64,000 nt of DNA, from the NCBI GenBank assembly GCA_002633005.1, contig NMRA01000499.1, forward strand, positions 1 to 64,000. The letters run 5' to 3'. A program made the translations under genes and the position numbers. Source of the stretch: Phoronis australis (taxonomy: Eukaryota > Animalia > Phoronida). The notes under the pieces are model-generated. The model had not been told where the DNA came from and searched no databases. It saw only the letters and a program-made list of their open reading frames with translations. This document shows, piece after piece, positions 34,725-49,700 of the stretch (its first letter is position 1; every line of letters begins with the position of its first letter).

Positions 34725-37700
34725 ATGGTGCTGCGCCTTCTTCTGTTGACATGGGTAGTGGCATTATCTGTCGCCGACACGGATGAAAATCTGTACTTCA
34801 ACCACGAAAATTCTGTGACGCACGAGAAGAGCGGAGAAGAATTTTACATGAAGAAGTCCGGTAAAGTGGCCGGATTGATTGATCTTGACGACAGCTTTCA
34901 AAGACATGACATGATCACGGTAATGGCTGTAAAATTTGGCGTTGCACCTTTTTATCAAATCAACAAAAATAAGTTGTAGAAGTGGCAAATTAAGAGTGGA
35001 ACAGGTAATTTACACTGTTTTATATCAGTGCCGTTGAAAGTGACATCTGCAATCACAATCAAGCTATGCCAACTTGTAAAAATATAAATTGTCTGAAAGA
35101 AAGAAGAGATTATGAAAAATGTGTTTTATATCAATGTTTTTATTATTATTATCATTATCATTATTATTATTACGTTGCCATATTTGTTAAGTAAAAATTC
35201 CATTTAAGAAAGGTACATCCATAGCAAAATAACATCTTGGTAGATTTTAATGAAACTCTTTTAAATGAAAACTTCTCAATGTACCTCAAAAACGCTACTT
35301 GGAATTTTCGATTACTCATTTAATTTTATTTCTATGCCAAATTCATTCGCAAAACGTAAGTTTTTTTTGTAAAATGGTTCATCTTTGTTACATTACACAA
35401 GAACTACCCTTTATATCGAAAATCCTAACAGAGTTTTTGAGACTGATGAATAAGAACTAAGTTTGGAAAGTTTCAGCGAAATCCACCGACCGACCCGTTT
35501 TCGAGAAGTCGTATTCCCAAATTCCACATTAAACTCTTATGTTATAATGCCAGATCTGAAAATGAACATGCTATAACTCATTTGAACGCTTTCGGCTATG
35601 GCTTCATATCTGAGTGCTTCAAGACTAGCAAAATATGGAACAAACGTCCTGAAACTAGCACCTACAGACCTTGACACTTTTTGCTCGGGGCATGTCTGTT
35701 GAATGAGTGTGATTGTCATCTGAATTTGTACATTGTACTTGTGCTACCTTAGTATTACGTCAACCATACATGTATGTTCTGTTCCATCTACATGCCTGTT
35801 GCCAAAGCTGAAAATTCCAGAACACGTATTTTAATGTATATTCAAAAATAACTTCTGGGCCAAAAAACCCAAAACAAAAATTTATCTACACAGAACCAGA
35901 ATTTATAACGCCAGGGCCAATAATTTATCACGTCAGGAAAAATTGAATACCTTAGGACCAGAAATCTATCATACCAGGCTAGGAACAAACATTACTGGCT
36001 CCTCAGCGTCGGGACAGAAAATTTTCATGCCTAGAGACCACTTACCCATCCAAACGGCGATCCGCCGAGTCTCTGCAATACGCAGTCGTATTCCGTGTTA
36101 GCAGTGAGTCATTAACAACACTCTTCGTCCAAAGGCAGAAAATAAAACCAGCATAGTTAAAGCTTTATGTAGTAGTTCGATCAGGGGTCTGTTTGTTGAT
36201 AAGTGACTTAAGGCAGAAATTAAGTCTTATTCTCCCAATTCATAACTAGTGAAATATAACTAGCATCGTAATTAATAGCATATCACAACTTAGAATAATT
36301 TCTACAAAATTATCTCAAAAACTAGAACTATTGGGTACATTCTCAGAGACTTTGTATATTTGCCAAAATGAGAATAAATTATTTTCACAAGTGGTTATGA
36401 GGAGCGCCAGTCGCTTTTTATGAAACAGACCCTTGAACATGAAAACAAAAACCTCGTTTTCGGAAATAATACTTGAAAAACTAGCACGTAATCTGGATAG
36501 GACCTTGCCAGGAAACAAAACTTCGCGTGATTACCCGAGGTATTGCCATATGTTTTAAATGAAGATACGTGATTTTGGCTAGATTTTGTGGCGGCGAGAC
36601 AGCTATTGAACTCTACCGTCGTCTTTCGGATCTTATGATCCCTTAACAATTGAATTCGTCTCGCAAGCTGTCATTTCATTCACAAAACGGACATATTATT
36701 TTCAAATGGTCGGCGCAAATGACGTCATCCGAAGCTAGTGGATAACACCTGCGTTCGTTACCTAAACTGGATATATTTAGATTAAAAATTCTTGAAGAAT
36801 TGATAATCAAATTTGAATTTCCAACTATCAATCGTCAAGACATTGGTTTCATAAAAACTGTGATTAATAGGTGATACAGTGTTGTACTCTGTCGTTCTGA
36901 CACTGGCCTTTGACATTCCTGTTGTGCTCCTACCGTGTGGCTCATTTGTTTCCATTGTTTGAAAAAGGTACGAATTTTACACCTTAGATGGACTACGACG
37001 ACCTAGTATGTACATCGTGAAGGTGTTAAAATAGGACATATCATAGTTTTATCTTGCGGATTGTTTATTTCGTTGTCGTTTGGTCAAATGTCGTAACATC
37101 TTACACAGACCATAGAGAGACAGGGCGACGAAAAACTGGTTACTAAACGGGAAAATCGGAGTCAAGTCGTGTGTTCAATGAGATTGTTAGTACCAATAGT
37201 TTGGGCAATTTAACCCGTTAGACATTTACAAAACCATCGAAAATATTAGTGGTCTTCAATTTCAGTTGGGGGTAAATCCTATCGTTTTTCACAAAATCTC
37301 ACGTTTTCTTGTTTGTGCTGCACAGCGATACTGTGTTTGCTCGAACATGGTCTGTGTTGTTTCATCCAATTTTTGATTTTATTTACTTTCTCAGGTAAAT
37401 AGTTGACAGAACCAAACGGGGTGTAAAGGGGAAATTGACCGGGACTCTCGTCTAAGAGAGGACCACGTCTGAAAAGGGACTCCTTAACCTGGGCGGTTAT
37501 ATCATAAAAATGGAAAGAGTAACAGTTAATTCTATCATCTTGCTTAACATAAACAATTGTACGATTGCACAGAAACAGAAAAATAGAGAAAACTGATTCC
37601 ATCATTGGGACAGACTTTACAGTGACTAACCAATTTTTCGTTGTTGTCTATATTGTTCTTCTTAATTGTTAATATCTATTTAATTTATTGTCACTCGATG

Positions 37701-40700
37701 GTCAGCTATTAGATGCATGTGCCTTTGCTGGCCACCCAGTCATATAACAATATATGTTTTTATAAGATTTAAAAAATAAAAGTTCTCTCTAAAATTATTG
37801 CTCTGAATCTGAGCTCAGCGTCTCAAAAAGCGTCATTGTGATAAAACATGGGAGGAATGAATCAAATTTAGAACTTGTTACCTCTAATCAGGGACGGTAG
37901 CTGAATTTTCGCTACCGGCGCAACCACTGATCATAGGACAAAAAACTTACCATTATATCCCCGGGAATCCCAACTACTCTTTCTTAACCGAACAAGTAGT
38001 ATTTACCGCGCACAAGGAAACTTCACCACGCACGCTTTCAATACATGTTGAACTTAGCATTGTGCTTGCTAAGGGGGCTTTGAGCTTCGAGTTCTTTCTG
38101 TGCGGGAAAGTTCTTAGTAGAGAATGTTACGTATTCTGCTTGTGATAAAGTTGTGTACCAGGGTAGAATTAGCACTCGTTTGTAGTAATACGTTTTGTTA
38201 TACGTTTTAAGGACGTAAAATGCGTACGCAACGGAATTCGAGTGTACATAGACCCAAAAGACAACGCCGACCCTCATGTGGCGTTAGGGGGCCACTACGA
38301 CATCACGCAGGTGTGGTTACCTGGAATGATCGTCCGCTCACGGAAGACCTGGAACAATTGCAAATCCATGGTAGACGGCACTGAAATTGATGGAATTTAC
38401 CAGAAAGTTAAGGGAGTCTTGTTCGGCATGGATCACCTGTTTATATCTACCGTACCAGCGGGGTAAGTGGGAATCAGTTACTTGAAATTTGTTCGTACAC
38501 TGTGGCAAAAGATGAAATCGCCAAGCAAGACAATCGGATTGAGCAAAACTTCAATACAATGCAAGGAAAAGCGTACGAGAATAACATTTTCATGCAGAGA
38601 TCAATACATACCTTAGCGCAATAGATTAGTGTTTTACAGCTCAGATCAAAGCTAACGTCTGGAAGCCAATTCTATTCAAAATAACCCCAAAACGAGTTTT
38701 CGTCCGTAGAACCGTTTGCATCTCTTCAAATGAAGCACTTGTGCTGAGACTTATCAGTAATTTTGCATTGACAATCTACTTGCATTATATACTGAACTTT
38801 CATAGATTGAAATTTCATTCTGCAGATAATGTCTTGTAGACTGAATGGAATGTATGTAATGGTACTTATATACTGTTAAAACGCATGTGCGCGACGCAAA
38901 CGCTGCCACTCGAAATCGAAGTTGGCATTCAAATTCCTCCAGTTTTTTATTTCAATGTTCTTCGTTCTGTGTGCTGCTAGAGGCCATGTAACGTGACCTT
39001 CAGGAATTTTTAATCCATGGTATAGCATCAAACTAGTCAAACAATATCATGCTATAAAGACGGGAGTAAACTTGGACCCCCAATTGGTATAATTTTGTTG
39101 TGGTCATCCAGAACTTTTCCAAAAACTACAGCACGCGGATACTCAAGCGTTAAATACAAGTCACTGCTACCATACCTTCCTCTGCGTATACTATACCAGA
39201 TGTAACAACTCTCTTCAGATTTGCTGACAACTTCGAGGAACTAGAATACACCGTCCAACACAAGAGAGGAGACTGGACGGGAGTCCCTGATGCGGAGAAG
39301 GAAGAGCACAGACACCGCGTCCGCCGATCAGTGATGACCAACGACGACCTTATTCTGAGACTCACCCAAGGAACGCGAACCAAGTCAATCTTCGAGCCAG
39401 ATCAACATCTTTCGCTGTCATCCAACTGGAATAGTAACACAAAAAAGTTTGACAAGAGCGCACGCATTGACTCATCTGAGAAGCAGGTTAAGTTCTACGA
39501 CCAGTCGCAACAGTCGCAGTACTCTCCGAAGAACAGCAACAACTGGTGGGACCTTTANAAGCGTGAAATCGTAGATTTCGAAGTGAAGGTAAGGGACACA
39601 GATGTATGACATATTTGAAACTGATACACTACAACATGGAATGAGTTAACTGAGTATTAGGCATAATTATAGGTTATTGCACGTGACTTATTTTGAAAAG
39701 GGTGTCCCTGGAGTAAACGAACTTACGAAGCAATTTTATTATGATTTCACTCCACTTGTAAAATAATTGCGCAGGGCGCCTGAGCGTTCCTTCGAAAATG
39801 AGAAGGCAACATTTAAAGTTAGACGTGTGCTTGGATTGGTAGAAAGGAAAAAACTTCTCAGGATTCTCCTTTAAAAAAATATAGACTTTTACTGAATAAA
39901 AATCTATAGCTTGTAGACATTTATCTAAATACGCAAACTTGTCAATATGGTCTCACATAATCTTAAGCATACTCAACATTGTTATGAAAGTTGAAACATC
40001 ACTTCATGTCATTTTAGATTAATGGCGTCATCAAACTCAAGCGGAAGTTCAAAGTTCACACAAAGGGTGACAAGAGTGAGAAGGTTGAAGTTATGATCAG
40101 TAGCTCCAAAGGCAAAATCGACATACCAGTGATGATATTTGATGACGTTCTTAAGAAAGACGTCATGATGCATCTGAACTATGACTTCGCTCAGTACATC
40201 AATGCGGACATAGATTTCGAAGCAGTTCAGTCCAAATTTGAATTCGACATTTACGAAGAGGGAATTTTGAACATGAGTAAGTAGAGTCGATTTTAATTCG
40301 ATCTTTAAATTTACCGATGTCTAACGCCATTGATAATTAGAGGAGAGTCGGACGGGATGCCCAGTCTTACGGTCAAACGCCCCCCCCCATGTTAAAAATA
40401 AAAAGCACCACTTCGCCACGCGCACAAGGGTCCGGTTCAATAGACACATTTTGTAACCTCAAATATGTGTTGATTACAATATGCGTTATAGCGTTAGTTG
40501 AACATTTGGATTTTCTCTCCTTGTTGATTTCCTAACTGCGAATAAGCGTGTCGCTCATTGATGTTGTTGTCATTAAAGCTTGATCTCGTTGGACAACCAT
40601 CTTCCTCTTACTACGCGTGTTGAATTTCCGCTGTAGCTTAAAGTACAAGATGGCTAGGGACAAAGCATGTGTCATAGCATTATTTAAACCCTTTGATGTT

Positions 40701-43700
40701 CTTTCCTTGTTTTAACAAATATCCTAATAAGGGTGCTACTCATTGATGTCGTCGTCTCGTCGTTGATCTCTGTGAACAACCATCTTGCTCTTACTGTATA
40801 TAACGCGGAGATTTTGTGTGCCCTTCACATAAATTGATATTACATTGTAGCTTGTATTACAAGGTGGCTAGGTGCAAAGCTCATAAGTTCTTAGCATGAG
40901 ACAAAGTGCCCTGAGCGGGAGGCCTTTACTCATCCAACACCACTGAGGTTTATCAAAGGGCATTACGTTTTGAATACATGTGCTTCATGCACGTGTACAG
41001 AGCAAGAGGGCAGCGTGGCGACGAGACAGCTAAAAACTTTAGAACTTGTTATATGCAGAGTGCACTGTCTGCGTTGACTGTTGACATTGCTCTAAGATGA
41101 ATTTCTCCTTGTTACTTTGAAGCCGCGTTTTCTCTGTCATCACTTTACTGTAGTAATTAAAACTAGAATAAACTTAGTAATCTCGATGCTGCTCGCTTTA
41201 ATACCGACTTTATAACCTGGATAACCTTTACTGTGAATTATTATTATATTCTTAGCAATATGACACTTTCAGCCTTCACTCGTCAGTCCAACGGCAGCTT
41301 GATGATGGACCACCAATACACACAAATCAACACGACAGCTGTGGACCCAATATACGACTTCGAAGCTGTTCTTTCTCGAGGAAAAGCCAATTTCAAGACT
41401 AAGGTATGGAAAACTCAGTAGCAACGATCAATTTGAATCTATACGTAATACAGTTGTCATGTACACAAACCACTATATATTGAGGTGATGCATGCTTCGT
41501 ACGGTCCTAATTGCCAGTTATCTGAAAATGGTGCAACTCACGATGAGAAACGTGGGAGCCGAGGAGTCGAGAAGAACTATGCTAAAGCGTAGATGGTGCT
41601 AGACATGGCGTAACTTTTGCTTGAATCTTCGACATAAATCCAAATTTCTTTCAACAGCTAGACCTTGACTTCACCATCAGTTGGGCCGATCAAAAACGTG
41701 AAATCGACGGAAAGAAGACTTTCCTGTTTCAGTTGGGCACCGACATGAAGTATAAAGTTGGGTAAGTGTCCTACACAGCTGCAGACGTCAAGATACTTTG
41801 ACACTTGCACAACGTTTTGGCGTGGCAAAACGTACCAGTTCGACGGATTCATATTTGCTCTGTATTTGTGCATTTTTCATGTATGATTACGAACTGCTCT
41901 TGACAGAAATGGACCGCAATGGCCAGCGCTCGAAATACACGTTGGCCCGGAGCCAGTGGATTTGCGGCCGGGCCAATAACTTTCACATATAGGCCCTGAG
42001 TGGATGTGGTGTCATATTCAAGTAACTAGCCCAGTGGGCCAGCACATTTATTTGTTAAAGCTCGAACACTGGCAATGGCACGTTACTACTCTCAAAAGAT
42101 TACGTACTGTTCACGCCTCAATCATAGAGCACGGACACCATGTCAACACGTCTTCACATGTACGACTTATTAGAATGCAATAATATCATTCAAGCTGGGT
42201 TCTCACAAATCGATGCATGATAACTTTTATAACATTTCTACTAAGCACTACCGCACAGTTAAGAAATTCATTCTCATTCCCTCGGGATTTGATCATTGCC
42301 AAAATGATTTTCGTTCCAATGTGCGTCACCTAATTGCGCAAAATCTATTTTTATCTGAAATGATCTACTGACATGGTTTTACGTAGAAACAGATTTGAAA
42401 TTTTTGTCAAAGACCGAGTCCTTTAATAACGTGTGATTTAAATGAATAAAAATTCGTCGACTACTGTGGACAGTTCTTGAAATGAACTGTTCCACAAATT
42501 CCGGCCCTGTGTGTATTAGTCTTTTCGGTGGCCTTGAGCAGAGACGAATCTGTTAGATTACTTTATCTCTCTCAGTAGCATAAGACACCGCTGCCGTGAT
42601 ACGATGAACTCCTTAGACCTCTTCCTCCGTCCTCAAAGACTTCGAAGACTTTCTGTAAATAAGTTTTCAAATCTCCTCGTGTGAAAATGTCTTCAATATT
42701 AATTGTTGGTAACCGTATCCTCCTTCATTTCACAACATTTTCTGACAGTTCTGCAGTCGGAATGCAACATGACTTGTGTGTATTAGAATGTAGAAACAAT
42801 TGAGTCGTGAAAAGAACAAAAAACCAAAAGCGCACAGCACAGTCAGTGTTAACAGGATTTTGTTTAAATGGAAGTAGTTATTTGTTGCCTTTTGTGCTCT
42901 TACTTTAAGACGTGGATTAACACTCCATTTCAATTCAATTGAGAGGTAAAATGAAATTTCTGTCTACATTTCAGATTGTCGCAGACAGTCGACTTTTCCA
43001 CCTACATCTACGGCTACGGAACAGTCTGCACGCGACCAACTCACGATTTATGGTTGTCCTCCGACGTTTCTCTGTCGACGTTAGAGTACAAAGTACTGGG
43101 CAAGGTCTTCTGGTAAGATTTGACAATTAAATCTTTGCTCAGATTGGAAAACCCGATCATCATTGTGTGGTGCTGTAGTTTGAAATTGATGGTGATTGAT
43201 GTACAAATATTTGTATGGTACAACTGACCTGGATTTTGGGACAAATCAGACTACTGGATAGTGGCCTGATGGCAGTTTTTTGAGTTTGTCTTGATATCCA
43301 CCAAGTTCGTTGATTTTGCAAATACGTTACTATCACGTAAACAACAGCATCGGTTCATTTGACCTGTGTTGCGTCAACTAGTGGACTTTCAATTGTTTTT
43401 ATGTTCTTTTCCGTCTGCCTCCCTATCCTCCAAGAATCACCATTTCTGACTTACTTCGCTCCCCTTAGTGGCTATTACTAAGTTTGCTAGATCGCTCGTT
43501 TAGTGGAAATGTTTTAAAGTAATGATCACCTGTTGTATCTGCACTGTTTGCAAGCACATATCAAGTTGCTCTACGCGTTGTGTGTTAATTTCTAATATCT
43601 TCATGTAAAGCAAGCTTATCGTGATTTATTTAATACCCGGGGTACGCCACGAGCTGTGTTGCAGAGTAAAACGAGACGCTATTTTCAGACCATTGCGCCT

Positions 43701-46700
43701 AAATGTGGCGCTGCGCATAAATGATGAATGATGCGCATGTCCCTTTATGTGACACACTTGAATAAAACTGAACGCATTTCATAGTCAGCCAAACTTCACT
43801 TATCCGTCACAAAATGAAGCAACTAATGTGTGTTTTTTAATTATTGAATGAGAAGTACTTACAATTAACAGAAAACACCAAAAAACACCCAGCTTAGCGC
43901 ACGCACACATGCAAGGGATAAATCAATCACCCTTATCTATAAGTTGGTCTTGGGCACGTGCACGTCTATGCAAAAGTAGTTGAGTAAAATGATTTAAAAA
44001 ACGGATACTATCGTATCTAGGCATGCATTTACATATTTCAAGAGGTAGCGTGATCTTCCCATCCATACCACTTACCTAATACGCCCTCACACGGTATTGG
44101 CAAGAATAATGTGCTGTGTTGGTGGTTTCATTTTTCCTTACTTACACACAGGTGGGGCAATTTATACCCTGCTATGGCAACAAATACCCAGCTTAGAACA
44201 GCGACTGAATTTGCATTGTGCCAAGACGCTGTGGATGAGACGACGTGTTGCTTTGTCCAACTGACCGGCGCTGCCGAGTTAAATGCAGACAAGACACCCG
44301 AGCAAGCTTGTGGTAAAATCATCCGACAGGTGGAGAGGAGCTACAATGAATTCTTCACGTAAGTTGAGTTGTAGAACTGACAAAGCAGTAGTCGTAATTG
44401 AACCGTAAGAATGATATAGTAATTAGTCGTAATTTAAACCGTATCCTACGATAAGATGTCATCACGTCAAGGTATTCTTTTACGGCCCCAATGCAACCTG
44501 GATTGTATTTATAGATGAAGCGACTGGATTAAATTTTGGCAACTAATGTAAAGCAGCCCATGGACCCTCAAATGTGTTCATTAATGCTATTGATCGTAAT
44601 ATTGTTGACAATTTGACGTTTGCCACCAATGGTCAATATGTTGCGCAATTTTAGTTGGTGGCAAACTGCACTGGACGGATCAACCGCGTTGACCTTTCTC
44701 TAGTCTTCGTGAAAAACGCCAAAGAAGAAACAAAAACCACGATGTACGAGAAATTGGACGCTCATAGGCGACTTCATTTTTGCTTTTACCGCTGATATCC
44801 TTACATTTCACTTTTTGTAGAGTCTGATGACTTCGGTAGAAGTCTACCAGATGTAGAAGAACATTTTTATCTTCCTGATAGGATGTGCTTTTTCTTACGT
44901 TTCATCAAATAGTGAAGTTCAAATGTTTTGATTGTTTTTTCAAAAATATCTAGTGAAAGTAGCTCTGTCGAAATATTGACATCAATACTTTTAACTTTCA
45001 ATATCACTAACACAAGATGAAATAAATAATTAGACGTTATTACTAAGTTTAAGCATATATGGGCGAATTCAGCTGCAAAAACTCTCGGTTGCGTCGCTAT
45101 ATTGCGGTTGCACTGACGGGGGGTTTGACTCCATTCAATGAATGCTCGGTTTTGATGACCAGCGTGACCAACGTATAAAGATGCTGAGTGGAAGGTTTTA
45201 GTCAGCTAATCTATATTACTCTTGCTTACCCTTGTATTATTTATATTCCACGTTATCTTTCATAGAGGCTGAATCATATGCAGGTGCTGCAGAAATTCAA
45301 TAAGTCGTAGCTGATAATTTTTAAAGTACCATAATTCCAGTAAAAATGTATATTTTGAAGCAAATCGAAGCATACCATTTCCTGTGATTCTGCCGGACTG
45401 CATGCATGATTGGCGTTTCTACTTTCTCACTCCACCATCAAGAAAACAAGCAAGAGCACGATTTTTATTTCAGAAAAATGATCCAGCTGAAATCCAACAA
45501 GATCCTGTTCAAAAACGAGGAGCATACACAGAAATGGTGTGGATCGTTGAACTACAGACCTTGTGCGGATTGTCGCAAGGATGTTGCAGGGTATACTAAG
45601 CCCAAGATATGCGCTGATCGTCACATGTCGTTAGACATGTCGGAGGCAATCAAATCTCTTGCAGAAATAGTAATGAAAGACCCTCGATTGAAAAACCGTA
45701 AGTGGCTTCTCGTTTACAATTGGTAACCCTGACTATGTTCCATGGTTAGGAGCGCCTAAAAAAGAGCTGATTTGATTTGTGCTGTACATGTAAATATTGG
45801 TAGTCTATCACTATTTCAACACAAAATTATTTTAGTACGCAACTCAATATAGAAATTGCTTACACTGACGTGGCATTTTCAAGGGAAGCTGATGGTTATT
45901 AACGCATTTGACGAGCCGACTGAGCTGCACCCCATCCAAGGAAACAATTGGGGAAAGTTTGCATGGAATTCCATCCACAAAGAAGGTAGAGCCGCCCAGA
46001 TAGCCATCTCAAGAAAGCTAACCGATGACGAAATGAATTACAATTTCACCACAATGCCGAGTGAAGATAAGGATGCAGGACTAATGCGCAAACTTGGCCA
46101 GATGGCTGTCATGGCGGAGTTTGACTACGTCAAGATTTACGCAGACTACGTGCATGTTGGTGTAAAGCATGGTTCGTGGATAACTGGAGTAACCCCGGCG
46201 AACACTCACTTTGCAACTTTGATCAATTCAAGTAAGTTTGTTGCAACTTTAGAGGCTTATGTCTGTTCGGCAGTTACCTAAAGGGACATCTAAGAAAACT
46301 GTCAACCGTCAGGAAATTCCGTAAGGTGGCAATGTCGTTCTGGGTCTGGGGTCTAATCTTTGTACTCAAAATCGAACCTTATAATATTTTTGATATTTTT
46401 GGTTTTACATTGTGTGCTAACTCAAGACAAGTGTCTGCTATTCTGGGCTCTGTGCGCATTAATTTCTAGTCCACGTTCAAAATTGACGACCTCTTGATTG
46501 AAACTACAAACTTGTATGAAGTCGAGATTCCTAGTTCAGAATCGAAACTTTGAAGTTTTTAATGCTGGATCATCAGGTGCAAAAATTATTAGTCACCCAA
46601 GTTAACCAAACAGCACAGAATAATGGGCGTGTAAGTTTATATATTTTGAGTTCTGATTTCGAGTGCAAAGAACAGACGCCAGTGTCGAAATCATGTGTGT

Positions 46701-49700
46701 TGAGTAGTGAGCAGGCGGTCGCAGGACTAGTAGGGTCACGTGGTGAATTGCGGGTTATAGCATAGCGTTAACCCTTACGTGCCGGCTGTTTCGTGCTAAA
46801 CGTTCCAATTCATTTTTGGATGGCTCACCATAAAAAATGATATGGGGGAACAACTTTGTCATGAAAGCAGATGTGGACGGCCTCTGAGTCTGCCTGGCTA
46901 AACGTCCGACATCCATAACGGATCAGTTTCAAAGGAGTGCACAAATGAATGAGTACATTAAGAATCATATCATTCTAAGAAGCATGGGCGGCGGACCATA
47001 CGGGACTGGGCGAGGGGCTATAACCTCCACTTTTTCAGTGCTGCGCAGTCCATGTGAAGTGAATGATTATGTATATGCGTTACCTACTTGTTTCTTGATC
47101 ACTGTTGACGTTTATGCGATGTAAGTGGACATATTCCGATAACTAAGTGGTGTCACATGCACGTGTTAGACCTGCCTCCCGTTCAGTAACGCTAGGACCT
47201 CGCTAAAATGCAGGACTTCGAGAGATTGCGTGAGATATTGCCGTTCATTTTAAATGACAACACGTGACTTTGGCTAGGTTTTAGCTTAGACCTAGCGTAG
47301 GTCCTACAGGGGCGGTTCCAGGATTTTGTGTTAGGGGGGCCAGGGCACAGGAATAACCAGAATTTCGCCACATGCGCGCGTCCAGCCTAAAATGTAGGGA
47401 TGCAGGGGTCTCGTTTGAAGACCTTGTTATTAAAAAAACGGTAAACGGGGTTTGTTCAAGGCCTATGCATTGGGCATTCACCCCCCGAAACCCCTGGGTG
47501 TGCGCATATGCTACTCAGCAATTCGCACCCCGAACTCCCAAATGGTATCTGGGAGAATTTTAGGGGGGCATGGCCCCCTTGCCCCCCANNNNNNNCCCCT
47601 AAATACGCCACTGTCCTAGCGTTACTGAACGCACGCCAGTATGAGAGTTCAGCGGAAGTTGAAGTCGGATACACGCGATATTCAAAGTTTGCATTTTTAT
47701 AATTCACAAAACGGTGTTACTGGGTAATTTCAAGGAGACATTGGACATAGTTCTATAGCTAGGGAGTAGGCTAACGAAGAGCTGCTGGAGACAGGAGTTG
47801 TTGCGCAATACTATTACTTGCACAGAGAAACTCGTTGTGCTTAATCTCATTTCTCTGCAATTGTACATTTGTCTTTCAGCGTACGCTGCCGGAATCTCTG
47901 TGGCCGAGTGCAACAAATTCTTCACCTTTTTTCCGCAACTCCTTCGCGGCATGCAGCGGCCCAAAGGAGCAACAATGGACAGTGCCTGTGGCAAGATAGG
48001 GATCCCCATCACCCGCTACCACAAGCGACAGTTCAAAGGGCAAGTGAAATGAAATGCAAAAAATAATACTGGAAAACCTTTTTAACTTCTTAGACATGAA
48101 AATACAACTCCGTTCCAGAAAATACGACAAGCATTCTGCCGTCGCTTCTATTTTCTCATTATCGTTGTCGCCATCTTGGCTGCAGTCTTAATCACCACCA
48201 TGACAACCACAATTATAATGGTCACAATTTCTATATAAGATATAGCGGCACAGTTAGCTTCGGTGTGCGCTGTTTTCGCAAATCGTTTCGGTGGTTCGAT
48301 ATGCTCACAAACGATAATCCAACTGAGGTTTGCAAAAATGACGCGGAAATTATCATTTACTCATCGCTAGGCAAAACATGGCGTCTCAAATCCTGCTTAA
48401 GAGTGCCCGTATGTATCGATCAGGCAAATGGTGGTCCTGAGCTGGGCACATGACTTGTCACGGATTTGAACACTGGTTTCGTATCATTGACGTAACTCCA
48501 AAAATGAAAAATGTCTGTGTCCAGAGTCTCTTTGTACAAAATAAAAAATCGAGCAACTCATCGCAGCTTTGTTGCCAATTCATCGCAGCTTTGTCGTCAC
48601 TCTTGCACAGAAAGTTATCCGTGTTCTAGGTTTAATAAAAGTATATCTGAACAAATACACCACTACCTGCACTGATCCATCCTAATTCACCAAAGGCCAA
48701 AGTTAACGTAAATTACTGTTTGTACGTACTTATGCTTCGGTTTTGTTGAAGGCGCAAGTACTAGCTTAACTTGGAGGCATCGTGAAAATCCTGCGAAACG
48801 TCCATAAGAACATAATATATGTCTAGATACGTAGGCGGATCCAAGGAGGGTCAAGGGTGTCTGGACCCTCCTTTTTCCCTAAATTTTCAATTGGTTGACT
48901 TGGACCCCCTTTTAAAAAAATCTTCATCCGATCCCTTTTAAGAAATCCTGGATCCGCCCTTGAGATTCTAACCAAATTTCAATCCCACTTTCATTTCCGT
49001 GGATCCAGTGTTTGTTCTTCCACAGCCCAAGTTCTAGTGAGGGCAGTTGACGTTATTTCTCATAAAATAAGTGATGCTAAAAGATGAAATGTTGCCCACT
49101 CCGTACACATGCAGTGCACTTGAATGTAGCCTATATTCTCAGCGCAGAAACGCCTCAAGTATCAAAGTTGAAATCTGGGTGAAATGAGGGACTGTTAATG
49201 AAATTTTGATTTATATTTTTGCGTATTCTGACTACCTTGGGGTAGAAACATTTAATTAAGTAATTTTCTTCCACTGATGTTTCGCGACAGTTGGCTAGAA
49301 TTTTCTAAAATTGGCGTTATCACCGATAAAAATTTACCCCCAAAATGACAGAGGACCATTTTTTCTGAAACTGCTATCCTTTTCAGACTAAAAACTAAAG
49401 TGATTGATCGACGAAGTTAGGATATTGTATTTTATGATAGAATTCATGAGATAAATTCACCATAAGCGAAGATTTCTCGCCGCAAGTGCAAGAGTAAAGT
49501 CTCCGGTCTATGAATCCCGGCACTGGTTGACGGAGATAAATATGGTGGTTAGAGGCACTATCGCAGATCGCAAGGAATGTTCGTGTGCAAATTAGGAAAA
49601 TCTTGAGATACTGGTGGTGTTTATTTCTGTAGCTGTCAACAACATTAGTGAACGTTTCGTAAAAGATGCAGATAACCTCTGCCTTCCGTCATTTGAGTTG

